DNA of 64,000 nucleotides. Origin: an uncultured Thermoleophilaceae bacterium (GTDB lineage: Bacteria > Actinomycetota > Thermoleophilia > Solirubrobacterales > JACPNS01). Below are positions 26,605 through 38,218 of this stretch, piece by piece. The position numbers were made by a program, and so were the translations under genes. The stretch lies in contig CAZRAA010000003.1 of NCBI GenBank assembly GCA_964597975.1, positions 185 through 64,184 of the forward strand, given 5' to 3'. The notes under the pieces were generated by a model, which was not told the DNA's origin, made no database searches, and saw nothing but the letters and a program-made list of their open reading frames with translations. How positions within the stretch are numbered: the first letter of the stretch is position 1; the number at the start of each line of letters is the position of its first letter.

Positions 26605-26739
26605 GACGTTGGTGCGTCCGAGTCCCCTGCCGAGGGGGGTCTGGACGAGACTACAGCCGCGGCGTCATCTTGGCCACTCGATGGCACGCGGATGCCGACC
26701 CCGCTAGACCCGAACAGAGGCGCCTGCGCCTGAATCCTC

Positions 26740-29700
26740 TCAGCGCGTCACTCGAAACACTTTGCTCACCGCGCGCAGCTTCGTGCCGCGCACGCTGACC
26801 ACCACGCGATAACGCCCAGCGACGAGCGCGCGCTTGTCCGTCCGGCCGGAGAGCCGGGCCGTAGATGTTCCGGGCTTCAGCGCGAGCGTGCCGCGCCCGG
26901 CCAGCTTGACCTTCGCCGGACCGCTGGCGCTGAGGCGCTCTATACGAACGTCGACATCTGCCTCCGCGTCGAGCTTGATCTGCAGCTTGAGACCGCCACG
27001 CGCGCTGCTCTTCAGGAACATTCCGCCGCGCTTGAGGGGTTTTAGCTTTGCCGGGGCACCGAGCTTCACCGAGATGCTCTTCGGCCCGAGGTTGGGAGCG
27101 GGATCCGGCGGATCCACCGGCGGCGCCGGCGGCGTCGGTGGCGGCGTGTACGCGACGTAGACGCTCGCAAAGCCGACCCCGAAGGCGCTGGTGCAAACAA
27201 CAGTCACCGTGTTCAGCCCGACGGCCAGCTCGATCGGGTTGTGATCCGGGTCGGTCGAGGGCATCCCATTGATCGTGCAACTGGTGCCATCAGGCACTCC
27301 CTCGAGACTGTCAACCGAGAACTTCGCCTCGACGAACTTCGCGGGCGTTTCGGTGTACGCGTCGGCGTGGATGTAGACGAGCGGCAACGTCCCGCGATTG
27401 ACGGTTATCGCCTTGGTGTCCGACCCGAAGGCACTGGTGCAAGAAACGGAAACCGTGTTGGTGCCCGGGCTGAGCTCGATCGTCAGCGGACTCTCGGCCT
27501 GGTTGCCGTTGACCGTGCAGGTTGCTGCGGCGCTGCCGCCGGCACTGAATGAAACGCTCACGGAGCTGCCGAGCGTGTTTAGCCCGTCAGCGGGGCTGGT
27601 GATTGCGACGCTCGGGGCGGTGCCGCGTTCGACCGTCACGAACTTTGTGTCTTCGCCCAGCGAGTTGGCGCATTTCACGCCGATCACGTTCGACCCGATT
27701 GTCAGCGGGAACGAATTCGTTGAAGTGCTGGCCGATGCCTGCCCGCCGACGGTGCAGTTGGTGCCGGCCGGGATCGTGCTCGAGCTGTTGACGGTGAAGA
27801 CGACGTTGGTCTGCGTCGCGGTTGTTTGTGCGCCGTTGGCCGGTGCCGTGATCGCGACGATCGGACCGTTGCCGCGCGTGACGCTGACCGAACCGCTCCC
27901 GCTGCCGAAGACGCTGTTGCATGAGACCGTGATCGCGTTGGCTCCAACCGCCAGCGAAACCGTGTTGGTGGTCGCGCTGCTGGTACCCGACCCGGCGACC
28001 GTGCAACTCGTGCCCGCGGGGATCGAGCCTGCGCCATCGACCGTGAAGGCGACGTTCACCGAGGTCGAGGAGGTCACCGTGCCGTCAAGCGGCGCGAGCA
28101 CCGCGACGACCGGCGGGTTGCCGCGGTTGACCGTCACCGAGACCGGAGCGCTGACGCCGTAGGCATTCTCACAGGAAACGAAGATCGTGTTTCCGCCGAT
28201 TGCCAGCGGCACGGAGTTGGCGCCGGGGGTGGTGGAGGCGACCCCGCCGACGCTGCAAGTTGTTCCACCCGGGATCGAGCCACTCCCGCCGACCGTGTAG
28301 GTGAGGTTGATCGAGCTTGCAGTCGTGTTCGTGTTGTTAGACGGCGCCGTGATCGAAACTACGGGCACAGCTCCGCGATTCACTGTGATGCTCGCCGGCG
28401 AGCTCGATCCGAAGGCATTGGTGCAGACCACCGTGATCGTGTTGCTTCCAATCGACAGTGCGACTGAGTTGGTGGTCGTGCTCGAGCTGCCCGCGCCGTT
28501 TACGCTGCAGGTGGTGCCTTCAGGGATCGAGCTTTCGCCGCCGACGGTGTAGATCACGTTCGTCGACGCGCTCGAGGTGTTCGAGCTAGCTGCCGGCGAA
28601 GTAACCGCTACGACGGGAACGGCGCCCCGATTGACCGTGACCGCCGTCGGGGCGCTCGCTCCGAAGGCGTTCGAGCAGGACACCGAGATCGTGTTGCTGC
28701 CGGTTGCGAGTGCGACGCCGTTGACGGAGGTGCTGTTCGAAGCGATGCCGCCCACGCTGCACGTGGTGCCGCCCGGGATCGAGCTGCCGCCGCCGACGGT
28801 GTAGGCGACGTTGATCGAGCTTGCCGTCGTGTTTGTGTTGTTTGCCGGTGCCGTGATCGCGACTTCCGGGACGCTGCCGCGCGTGACGTTCACGCTCGCC
28901 GGTGTGCCCGTGCCGAACTGATTGGTGCAGCTCACCGTGAGCGTGTTGGAGCCGACGCTCAGTGGGGTGCTGTTGGTGGTCGCGCTGGAAGAAGCAGCCC
29001 CGGCCACGGTGCAGCCTGTTCCCGCCGGAATCGAAGCAGCGCCGCCAACCGTGTAGGCGACGTTGATCGACGAGGCGGCAGTGCTCGCGCCGTTGGCCGG
29101 CGTGGTGATTGCGACGCTCGGAGGGTTGCCGCGATTGACGGTGACGGTCGCGCTCTTTGGGCCGAAGGCTCCGACGCAGTTGACCGTGATCGTGTTCGTC
29201 CCGATGCTGAGTGCGGCCGAGTTGCTCGCAGTGCTGCTCGAAGCCGTTCCGTTGACCGTGCAGTTTGTGCCGCCCGGAATCGAGCTCGACCCGTTGACCA
29301 GGTAGGTCACGTTGATCGAAGCGGCGGTCGTGTTCGTGCCGTCGGCGGGCGCCGTGATCGCCACCTCCGACGGCGGACTCCCGGTTACGTTGACGGTCGA
29401 CGGATTGCTGCTGCCGAACTGGTTGGTGCAGACGACCGAGATCGTGTTTGCTCCCTCCGCGAGAATCACGCTGTTCGAACTCGTGCTGCTCGTCGCATTA
29501 CCGTTGACCGTGCAGCTCGTGCTCGCCGGGATCGATGCGCCGCCCCCGACGGTGAAGGTCACGTTGATGGTTGCGGCGGTTGACTGGAGCCCGCTGGCAG
29601 GTGAGGTGATCGCAACGACCGGGACGCTTCCGCGGTTGACGGTGACCGCCGCCGTCGCTGCGTTGCCCGCGGTGTCGGTGCAGTTCACGGTCAGCGTGTT

Positions 29701-31140
29701 GGCGCCGACGCTGAGCGCGACGCTCGATCCGTTTGCCGGCGTGCAGTTGGGCGAGCCGAGGTTGTCGCTCGCGGTGTAGCTGAGCGTCGTCGAGGATGCA
29801 GTGGTGTTGCTGTTGTCTGCCGGGCTGTTGATCGTGACCGACGGCGGGGTGCTGTCGCGAGTCACCGTGACCGATGCGGTGCCGTGGTTTCCGGCGTGGT
29901 CCTGGCAGTCGACGGTGATCGTGTTGGAACCGGGATTCAGGTTCACCGAGGAACCGCTTGCCGGCGTGCAGCTGGCGACGGCCACGTTGTCGCTCGCGGT
30001 GTAGCTGATCGTGGTGGTGGCGTTCTTTGTCAGCGAGTTGTTCGCCGGTGCGCTGATGGTCACCACGGGATCGGTTGCGTTGGTTGCCTGCGAGCCGGTG
30101 TCGAGGCCGGCGGCGCGCATCGCGTCGATGATCGCGTTGGCCATCGCGTTGGCACCGGCCGGTGTGTTGTGCAGCGCGATTCCCGGGTAGGTGACACCGG
30201 GTTCAACGCTCCACGGGTTGATCCACTTCTGACTCCACGACGCGGCGCACATCGTGTGGGACGTGCCGGAAATCTCTTGGACATCGACAAACCGTGCCCA
30301 CGAACTGCGCGCCGCGACCACACGCTTCATCGCCAGGCGCAGCTGGTCCTCCCAAACCGCATAGACCGGCGCGTCGGCAGGTGTGAGGATCGGGTTGGGC
30401 ATGCAGCCGGCGCCGTCGGGCGTGGCCAGGCGCGGGATGCCGACCAGGAAGACCTTGGCGTTGGGTGACTTCTGGTGGATCTGGTCGAGCGCAGGACCAA
30501 CGAGCGACTCTGAGTTGTTGATCTTGGAAAGCAGGCCACTTCCGTTGGCGCCGTAGGTCCTCAGGCAGTTGTTCCAGTAGTCGACGTTCTGACCCTGGAG
30601 CTTGGCGGCGTACACGTTGAGGTCTGGCTGGTAACCGAGGCAGGCGAATGCGACCTCCCCGAAGTAGGCCTCGTTACCCCCGGTGCCGACGATCACTGCC
30701 TGCTCGGAGCCGATCAGCGCATTGAACTGCGGCGGGATCGTCACACCGTTGTTTTCGGGAATGTTCAATCCCGGGTTCGTGCTGCTGAAGACGCCTGTGT
30801 GGCCGCCGTTACAGGTGACGTCCGCGAAAGCACTGGCGCTGAGTCGCGCCTTTGCCAGCTGCGGATAGCTGCCGGTGGTGCGACCGCAGGCAGGGTTGGG
30901 ATTGGACTCACTGACGGGAAATGTCGGACCGAGGCCCATCCCTGAGGCCATCGAGTCGCCGATCGCCACGACGCGCCCGAGCGCCGCATCGGACGCCGCT
31001 GGAAGCGCGCAGAGGGCGGCGGTCGCCGCGATCACGGCAACGATCGATCTAGACACTCGCTTGGTCGATTCAGTCAAGGGATTCAGTTGCTTGGCGCCGT
31101 CCTGCCGAGACGCATGCGCGCCGGCGTTGCTTCCAAGCAC
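26740..31140 (-). CDS. Giant secreted protein (1466 aa): SEST-like SGNH hydrolase + 12 tandem Cys-pair Ig-like repeats + Pro-rich linker + conserved C-terminal module
   Basis: VVAIGDSMASG, GTGGNEAYF, GIALHNTPAGA. 12 repeats (aa ~357-1331), linker TPPPTPPAPPVDPPDPAPN, 116-aa tail ending GRYRVVVSVRGTKLRAVSKVFRVTR. GTG start at 31140; an alternative GTG at 31056 gives VSRSIVAVIAATAALCALPAASDA. Confidence 0.9.
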   Translation of the reverse strand: MLGSNAGAHASRQDGAKQLNPLTESTKRVSRSIVAVIAATAALCALPAASDAALGRVVAIGDSMASGMGLGPTFPVSESNPNPACGRTTGSYPQLAKARLSASAFADVTCNGGHTGVFSSTNPGLNIPENNGVTIPPQFNALIGSEQAVIVGTGGNEAYFGEVAFACLGYQPDLNVYAAKLQGQNVDYWNNCLRTYGANGSGLLSKINNSESLVGPALDQIHQKSPNAKVFLVGIPRLATPDGAGCMPNPILTPADAPVYAVWEDQLRLAMKRVVAARSSWARFVDVQEISGTSHTMCAASWSQKWINPWSVEPGVTYPGIALHNTPAGANAMANAIIDAMRAAGLDTGSQATNATDPVVTISAPANNSLTKNATTTISYTASDNVAVASCTPASGSSVNLNPGSNTITVDCQDHAGNHGTASVTVTRDSTPPSVTINSPADNSNTTASSTTLSYTASDNLGSPNCTPANGSSVALSVGANTLTVNCTDTAGNAATAAVTVNRGSVPVVAITSPASGLQSTAATINVTFTVGGGASIPASTSCTVNGNATSSTSSNSVILAEGANTISVVCTNQFGSSNPSTVNVTGSPPSEVAITAPADGTNTTAASINVTYLVNGSSSIPGGTNCTVNGTASSSTASNSAALSIGTNTITVNCVGAFGPKSATVTVNRGNPPSVAITTPANGASTAASSINVAYTVGGAASIPAGTGCTVAGAASSSATTNSTPLSVGSNTLTVSCTNQFGTGTPASVNVTRGSVPEVAITAPANNTNTTASSINVAYTVGGGSSIPGGTTCSVGGIASNSTSVNGVALATGSNTISVSCSNAFGASAPTAVTVNRGAVPVVAVTSPAASSNTSSASTNVIYTVGGESSIPEGTTCSVNGAGSSSTTTNSVALSIGSNTITVVCTNAFGSSSPASITVNRGAVPVVSITAPSNNTNTTASSINLTYTVGGSGSIPGGTTCSVGGVASTTPGANSVPLAIGGNTIFVSCENAYGVSAPVSVTVNRGNPPVVAVLAPLDGTVTSSTSVNVAFTVDGAGSIPAGTSCTVAGSGTSSATTNTVSLAVGANAITVSCNSVFGSGSGSVSVTRGNGPIVAITAPANGAQTTATQTNVVFTVNSSSTIPAGTNCTVGGQASASTSTNSFPLTIGSNVIGVKCANSLGEDTKFVTVERGTAPSVAITSPADGLNTLGSSVSVSFSAGGSAAATCTVNGNQAESPLTIELSPGTNTVSVSCTSAFGSDTKAITVNRGTLPLVYIHADAYTETPAKFVEAKFSVDSLEGVPDGTSCTINGMPSTDPDHNPIELAVGLNTVTVVCTSAFGVGFASVYVAYTPPPTPPAPPVDPPDPAPNLGPKSISVKLGAPAKLKPLKRGGMFLKSSARGGLKLQIKLDAEADVDVRIERLSASGPAKVKLAGRGTLALKPGTSTARLSGRTDKRALVAGRYRVVVSVRGTKLRAVSKVFRVTR
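27148..30072 (-). repeat. Coding tandem repeat array, 12 units of ~243-252 bp, same family as 21169-25614
   Basis: Same consensus as the array in the upstream paralog. The first two units are of the distinct S(A/Y)T(A/D)(S/T)DN(V/L)G..(S/N)CTP type in both genes. Confidence 0.9.
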
Positions 31141-31195
31141 GCCGAATCAGCTTATTGCGGAATGTGCACGTTCGCAAGCAGTCGAAAGCGCCCGT

Positions 31196-32869
<1,674 letters not shown>

Positions 32870-34231
32870 TTACTTGACGGTCTTGAACGAATCCGTGGTC
32901 GGAGTGGCGACGTGCAGTGACTCGCTGCGCAGGCGTATCCGAAACCTGCCAGGAGTGAGCCGCCGTCCTGCCGCCCGGCCGGTGACGTAGATCTTTGTTG
33001 CGCCCTTGGGCAGGTACGCGTTCCACCATCCGCCGCGCGATGCGACGCGTGAGCAGTGCTTTGCCGACCGGTTGCTGCGACTTATCGCGCGGCACTTGCC
33101 GTTGACCAGCCTGCCGGACCTCACGCTCTCCAACTTGAGGCCGACGGTTGCCACCTCGTCGAGCGTGAGCGTGACGGCCGCGCCGCCGCGCAGCGGAGCA
33201 TTACGCGAGAAGACCGAGCCGCTGGGGGCAGGACGCAGCTTTGCGAACTTGAGGTCTTCGATCCGCGCTTCGGATCCCAGATAGAGGCCGGCGCCGCGCA
33301 TCGCCTCGGTAACCATGTTTGCGACCGCATCGGCCCCGGCAGCGCTCGGATGCAAACCAATACCGGTGCTCCCGCCGACGACCGGGTTGGTCCAGCGCTG
33401 GGCGGCCGGGGACGCGCAACCGGTGTGGGAGCCCGACTGTGAGTACGCGTCGACGAAATAGGCGCCGTGGGATGCTGCGGTCTCGCGAAGCGTGTCGTTG
33501 ACGGCGACCTCCCACTGCTCAAAAACAGGCGCGTCGGTCTGGGTCAGCCACATCAACCCCGAACAGCCGCCGACGTTCGTCGGCGCTATGTCGAGGTAGC
33601 CGACGACGAAGACTTTGGCCTTCTTGGATTTGTTCTTGATTGCGTCGATCGATTTCCCGACGTTGGTGGCGATCGACTGGCCGCGGGCGATCAGGCTGTT
33701 GACGCCGCCGCTGACGTAGGTCTGGGTGCAGACATTCGCGTTTGATCCGCCGTGGTAGAGGCAGTTGTTGGTCACTTCGCCAAAGCCCGCGTCGTTATCG
33801 CCGACCGAGAGCAGCACGGCCCGTTCGGTGCCATTGAGCGCGTCGAGCTGCGCGCGGGCACGGTCGCCGCTGCCGGGGAAGGTGAAGCCCGAAAACAAGC
33901 TCGAGGTCGTCGCGCCGCTGCAGGTTTCATTGACGAACTCGCCGTAGACGATGCGTTGCGCCACAAGCGCGGGGTAGCCGCCGCTCGTGCGCTCGCACTC
34001 AGAAGGCGATCCCGGGTACTTGGGGCCCAGGCTTGGACCGCTGGCCGAGGAGTCGCCGAGCGCCACGACGCGCCCGAGACTTGCCGCGGCATCGCCGGTG
34101 GTTGCGCAGGCGGCAACGGCGAACGCGCAGGAAACCGCCAGCGCAAAGGCGATCATCCGGATCGCGTTCGAATAGAGAGGCTTGTCGTGCTTCATCGAGG
34201 GGTCTGGAACCACAAACGCCGCCGGGCGCAA
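32870..34231 (-). CDS. Secreted SEST-like SGNH hydrolase fused directly to the conserved C-terminal module (453 aa; no stalk)
   Basis: [30 protein letters not shown]. Tail with a Cys-pair insert (NGKCRAISRSNRSAKHC) ending PGRFRIRLRSESLHVATPTTDSFKTVK. An alternative ATG at 34195 gives MKHDKPLYSNAIRMIAFALAV... Confidence 0.85.
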   Translation of the reverse strand: MRPAAFVVPDPSMKHDKPLYSNAIRMIAFALAVSCAFAVAACATTGDAAASLGRVVALGDSSASGPSLGPKYPGSPSECERTSGGYPALVAQRIVYGEFVNETCSGATTSSLFSGFTFPGSGDRARAQLDALNGTERAVLLSVGDNDAGFGEVTNNCLYHGGSNANVCTQTYVSGGVNSLIARGQSIATNVGKSIDAIKNKSKKAKVFVVGYLDIAPTNVGGCSGLMWLTQTDAPVFEQWEVAVNDTLRETAASHGAYFVDAYSQSGSHTGCASPAAQRWTNPVVGGSTGIGLHPSAAGADAVANMVTEAMRGAGLYLGSEARIEDLKFAKLRPAPSGSVFSRNAPLRGGAAVTLTLDEVATVGLKLESVRSGRLVNGKCRAISRSNRSAKHCSRVASRGGWWNAYLPKGATKIYVTGRAAGRRLTPGRFRIRLRSESLHVATPTTDSFKTVK

Positions 34232-34400
34232 GAAGTTTCGAGAATCAGCCTATTTGCCGGCTTCGCGTCCTGCCACCGAATCGTGACCGAACGATCGTGC
34301 GGTAATCTTCAGATATCGCTTTATCCCCGCCCGGGCGATTCGGAAAACCCCGGCGCAAACCCTCCCTCCACCTCATCAATCTTCACCAAGGAGCACATCA

Positions 34401-35558
34401 ATGCCTGATGCAGTGATCGTCGACGTCGTCCGCACCCCGATCGGACGCGCCTTCAAGGGGTCGCTCGCCGGTGAGCGTGCCGAAGACCTCGCCGCGTTCG
34501 CGATCAAGACACTCGTCGAGAAGCACAAGGACGCCGTCGCGCCCGAGGACTACGACGAAGTGATCCTGGGCGTCGGCTTCCCCGACAACGAGCAGGGCTA
34601 CAACGTCGCTCGCAACGCCTGGCTGCTGGCCGGATACCCCGAGTCGGTTCCCGGTCACATCGTCTCGCGCTTTTGCGCCTCGTCGGTGCAGAGCATCCGT
34701 GCGGCCGCGAATGCGATCAAGGCCGGCGACGGCGAGATCTACCTGGCCGGCGGCCTCGAGGCCTCCAGCCGCGCCGGTTCGAGCCCCGACTTCACGATGC
34801 ACCCCAAGCTCGACGGCTCGGAGGGTTCGCTCTGGAACGTCTACATCCCGATGGGCCTGACGGCAGAGAACGTCGCCGAGCGCTACGGCGTCTCGCGCGA
34901 GGCGCAGGACGAGTTCGCCGCCCGCAGCCAGCAGCTTGCGGTTGAAGGTCAGGAGAACGGCTTCTGGGACCGCGAGATCACGCCGTACACGACCGCCGAC
35001 GGCACGGTTGTCTCCAAGGACGACGGCCCGCGCGCGGGCACCACGGTCGAAAAGCTCGCTGGTCTGGCACCCGTCTTCAAGCCGGAGGGCGGCACGGTCA
35101 CGGCCGGCAACGCCTGTCCGCTCAACGACGGTGCCGCCGCTGCGCTGATCATGAGCGCCGACAAGGCTGCAGAACTGGGCCTCACGCCGCGCGCAAAGAT
35201 CATCGCCTCCGTTGCCGGTGGAGTCGAGCCCGAGTACATGGGCGTCGGCCCGATCCCGGCGGTTGAGACGTTGCTCAAGCGCACCGGCATGAGCGTCAGC
35301 GACATCGACCTCTTCGAGATCAACGAGGCGTTCGCGGCGCAGGTTCTCCCCAGCGCCGAGAAGCTGAACATCCCGATTGAGAAGATCAACGTCCAGGGCG
35401 GCGCGATCGCCGTCGGCCACCCGTTCGGCATGACAGGGACGCGGATCATGGGCACGCTGCTCAACAACCTCGAGACCAACGACAAGCAATTCGGTCTCGA
35501 GACGATGTGCGTTGCCGGTGGTCAGGGCATGGCGATCATCGTCGAGCGCCTCAACTAG
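34401..35558 (+). CDS. Acetyl-CoA C-acyltransferase (thiolase)
   Basis: AAGGAG SD upstream of the ATG. Catalytic motifs RFCASSVQS, NACPLNDGAAA, GHPFGMTG, CVAGGQG. Confidence 0.9.
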   Translation: MPDAVIVDVVRTPIGRAFKGSLAGERAEDLAAFAIKTLVEKHKDAVAPEDYDEVILGVGFPDNEQGYNVARNAWLLAGYPESVPGHIVSRFCASSVQSIRAAANAIKAGDGEIYLAGGLEASSRAGSSPDFTMHPKLDGSEGSLWNVYIPMGLTAENVAERYGVSREAQDEFAARSQQLAVEGQENGFWDREITPYTTADGTVVSKDDGPRAGTTVEKLAGLAPVFKPEGGTVTAGNACPLNDGAAAALIMSADKAAELGLTPRAKIIASVAGGVEPEYMGVGPIPAVETLLKRTGMSVSDIDLFEINEAFAAQVLPSAEKLNIPIEKINVQGGAIAVGHPFGMTGTRIMGTLLNNLETNDKQFGLETMCVAGGQGMAIIVERLN

Positions 35559-35702
35559 CCTCGCCGAATCAACTCGGCGCCTGAAAGCATCGTCAGCGAA
35601 GGCCGGCCCTCCGAAGGAGGGTCGGTCACTCGCTGGCTCGAAAACCTGACCGACCTGCTCGACCGTCGCAAGGTCGAGTACGGCCTCTTCCTCGGCCTCT
35701 TC

Positions 35703-37124
35703 GTGGTGCTTGTCGCATTCACGGTCTACCGGCCGATGTTCCCCAACTACGACACGTACTACGCGTTGATCTGGGGCAACGAGATGTGGGATCTCCAGCT
35801 CCCGGACTACTACGTCTTCAAAACGCCGACGCCGCACCCGCTGTTCAATCTCTACACGATGCTCCTCTCGCCGCTGGGCAGCGCGGCGATCCCGGTGCTC
35901 ACGGTGTTCTCGCTGGCGATGTACGTCGGGCTGCTTTACGGCGTCTACCGCCTGGTGAAGCTGCAGGTCGGCACGCTGGTGGCCTTCGTGACGACGCTGA
36001 TCCTTTTGACCCGCACCGATCTGATGGCCTTTGCTTTTCGCTCGATGCTCGACGTGCCGTTCCTCCTGATGATCGTCTGGGCGGCGGTGCTCGAGGTTCA
36101 GAAACCGCGCCGCGGGTTTAGCCCCCTGATCCTGCTCTCGTTGGCTGGCCTGCTGCGCCCCGAGGCGTGGCTGATGGCCGGTCTCTACTGGCTTTGGCTC
36201 GCCTACGGATGGGTGCGCGACGATCGCGCGTTGCCGGGCACTCGACCGTCGTTGCCTGCGCTGGTCGGATTTGGATTTCTGGTCATCTCCGCGCCGGTGG
36301 TCTGGCTCGCCTGGGACTTGATCGTGACCGGCGATGCGCTCTATTCCGTCCATTCGACGAGCGAGGTCGCCAAGGAGGTCAATCGGCAGAAGTCGCTGCC
36401 CGAGGCGATCGCGGCGCTCCCGGGGTTCATCGGCGGCAGCGAGCAGTGGGTCAACGCAATCGCCGGCGTCGGCGGTTTTTCGCTGGCGTTATGGGCCTAC
36501 CGCAAGCACATGCTGATGCTCGCGGCGCTCGTCGCCGTGGGGATCGTGACTTACCTCCTGATTGCGATCGCCGGGCTTTCCGTGATCCCGCGCTACCTAG
36601 TGGTGCCGTCGCTGGTGATGTGCTTTGGCGTGGCGTTCTCGCTCGTCGGCTGGGAACGCCTGAAGGGCACGCCGCGCCGGATTGGGATCTGGCTGGCGTG
36701 CTTGACGCTGCTGCTGATGCTCGTGCGAGCGCCGGCGTACCTCGATCAGCTGCGCGGCCTGAACACGAGCACCGATCAGATTTCGGTCAGCTACAGCCGG
36801 GTGATCGACATCCTCAACAAGCCGAAGGTGGCCGCTGAGATCGAGAGCTGCGCCCCGATCCTCGCGTTCACCCACGAGTCGGTGCCGATCATCCGCTACG
36901 AGCTGCGCGCCGCCAAGGACGAGGTGATCGCGACCACGCAGCTCACGGCGCCGCCCACAGAAGGCGTCCAACTGCTTCAAACCAGCGCGCTCGATCCGCT
37001 TCAGATGACCGTGGTCACGCGCACGACGCGTAAGCCGTGGACCGGCTTCCGCCAGCCTGGGTTCGCGTTTGTCGGCGAGAACCGTGCCTGGATCGCCTAT
37101 TCAAGCTGCAAGGAGTCCAAGTGA
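35703..37124 (+). CDS. Polytopic membrane protein, probable GT-C-fold glycosyltransferase (start uncertain; the frame is open from 35559 and an upstream CTG is possible)
   Basis: About 11 predicted TM helices followed by a ~120-aa soluble C-terminal domain, which is a GT-C-like topology. The family call is topology-based only. Its stop overlaps the next gene's start (GTGA). Confidence 0.55.
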   Translation: MVLVAFTVYRPMFPNYDTYYALIWGNEMWDLQLPDYYVFKTPTPHPLFNLYTMLLSPLGSAAIPVLTVFSLAMYVGLLYGVYRLVKLQVGTLVAFVTTLILLTRTDLMAFAFRSMLDVPFLLMIVWAAVLEVQKPRRGFSPLILLSLAGLLRPEAWLMAGLYWLWLAYGWVRDDRALPGTRPSLPALVGFGFLVISAPVVWLAWDLIVTGDALYSVHSTSEVAKEVNRQKSLPEAIAALPGFIGGSEQWVNAIAGVGGFSLALWAYRKHMLMLAALVAVGIVTYLLIAIAGLSVIPRYLVVPSLVMCFGVAFSLVGWERLKGTPRRIGIWLACLTLLLMLVRAPAYLDQLRGLNTSTDQISVSYSRVIDILNKPKVAAEIESCAPILAFTHESVPIIRYELRAAKDEVIATTQLTAPPTEGVQLLQTSALDPLQMTVVTRTTRKPWTGFRQPGFAFVGENRAWIAYSSCKESK

Positions 37125-38209
37125 GAACGCGCGCTCTCGCCGCAGTTCTTTGTCTTGCCGCGCTCGTGGCGCTCGCCGGTTGCGGAGACGAGAAGCAGGT
37201 CAAGCGCAATGACGCCGGCGTCCTGGTCGCGCCGTTCGACGGCCAGACCACAAAGGTCCCGCGCCGCCCGATCGCGGTCGCGGCCGGCGGCGGTTCGGTG
37301 TGGGTGACGAGCATGGCCGGCGGAGTGCTGTCTCGGATCGACCCCGAGAGCGGCAAGAAGATCGGCAAGCCGGTCACGATCGACGACGCGCCCTACCAGC
37401 TGCTCTACGCGTTCGACAAGGTTTGGGTCGCGGCGTTCCAGAACGACAAGCTCTTCCAGGTCGATCCAGAGACCGGCAAGGTGATCGATTTCACCAAGGT
37501 CGACAACCGACCGTTTGGCATGGCGGCGGGCTTTGGCTCGCTCTGGGTCACCAGCATTCGCAGCGAGACGATCAGGCGAATCGACCCGGATACGGGCAAA
37601 CCTGATGGGCCACCAATTGCGCTGAGCGGCGTGCCCTACAAGGTGGCCGCCGGCTTCGGTTCGATCTGGGTGACGGACTTGCGAGACGGTCTGGTCGATC
37701 GAATCGATCCAAGAACGAACAAAGTCGTCGAGAGGATCCGGATTGGTAGGCGCACCTGCAACGCTGCAGCCCAGGAGCGCACCGGCGATGAGGTCAACGA
37801 CGTGGTCGTTGATTGTGGGGCGCCGGCGGCGATAGTTGCTGCCGGAAAGTACATCTGGGTCAGCAATCTTCGCGGCCCGGCCGTGAAGTCTGGCGAGGCT
37901 ACGGATGTGCAGGTTCGCCAAGGGATCCCCAACGGTCAGGTCTGGAGAATCGATCCGAGGACCAACAAAGTCGTTGGCGGGCCGATCCCAGTGCCAGTGC
38001 GCCCGCTGGCGATGGCGGGCGACGGCGTATCGGTCTGGGTGATCGGCGTCGAGACCGACACGCTCACGCGGATTGACACCAACACCGCAAAGCGAGACGA
38101 GTTGCCGATCGCGATCGGGAATGCTCCGACTGACGTGGCGCTTGGCTACGGCAAAGTCTGGGTGCCGATCTCCAGAGACGACAGACTTGCTTCGCTCAGC
38201 TCGCGCTGA
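37121..38209 (+). CDS. Beta-propeller repeat lipoprotein (YncE/Vgb/NHL-like)
   Basis: GTG 37121 preceded by AAGGAG. Lipobox LVALAGCGD. Roughly 40-aa units recur (GSVWVTS...RIDPESGK; KVWVAAF...QVDPETGK; GSLWVTS...RIDPDTGK; GSIWVTD...RIDPRTNK; YIWVSN...RIDPRTNK; SVWVIG...RIDTNTAK; KVWVP). Confidence 0.75.
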   Translation: MRTRALAAVLCLAALVALAGCGDEKQVKRNDAGVLVAPFDGQTTKVPRRPIAVAAGGGSVWVTSMAGGVLSRIDPESGKKIGKPVTIDDAPYQLLYAFDKVWVAAFQNDKLFQVDPETGKVIDFTKVDNRPFGMAAGFGSLWVTSIRSETIRRIDPDTGKPDGPPIALSGVPYKVAAGFGSIWVTDLRDGLVDRIDPRTNKVVERIRIGRRTCNAAAQERTGDEVNDVVVDCGAPAAIVAAGKYIWVSNLRGPAVKSGEATDVQVRQGIPNGQVWRIDPRTNKVVGGPIPVPVRPLAMAGDGVSVWVIGVETDTLTRIDTNTAKRDELPIAIGNAPTDVALGYGKVWVPISRDDRLASLSSR

Positions 38210-38218
38210 GCGGCCCGA

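Noticed and set aside
26621-26739. Short GC hairpins in the 135-nt spacer between giant genes B and A (CCCCTGCCGAGGGG; GGCGC-CT-GCGCC)
   Set aside because: The stems are short and the loops too tight (2-4 nt), with no U-tail. I cannot decide whether they terminate B or form part of A's leader, so they are not reported as features.
21179-30004. Many plus-strand ORFs of 60-250 aa inside the repeat arrays (e.g. 21179-21850, 27398-28162, 24611-25102) with their own periodic sequence (..LAPLxRLTELxxVLVELAPLTVQVVPAGIELPPPTV..)
   Set aside because: They are the mirror frames of the minus-strand tandem repeats. Their periodicity is inherited from the real repeats. They are fragmented by stops, whereas the minus-strand frames are uninterrupted for 1931 and 1466 codons and begin with signal peptides and enzyme domains.
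21169-30072. Regular ~250-bp DNA periodicity that could be mistaken for a CRISPR or satellite array
   Set aside because: There is no short direct repeat / unique spacer structure. The units are contiguous, divergent and in-frame coding repeats. No cas genes are present in the window.
34398-36353. 651-aa minus-strand ORF, one of the longest in the track
   Set aside because: It is antisense to the well-supported thiolase (catalytic motifs, SD) and to the GT-C membrane protein. Its translation is Arg/Asp/His/Glu-rich low-information sequence typical of shadow ORFs in high-GC DNA, and it has no motifs.
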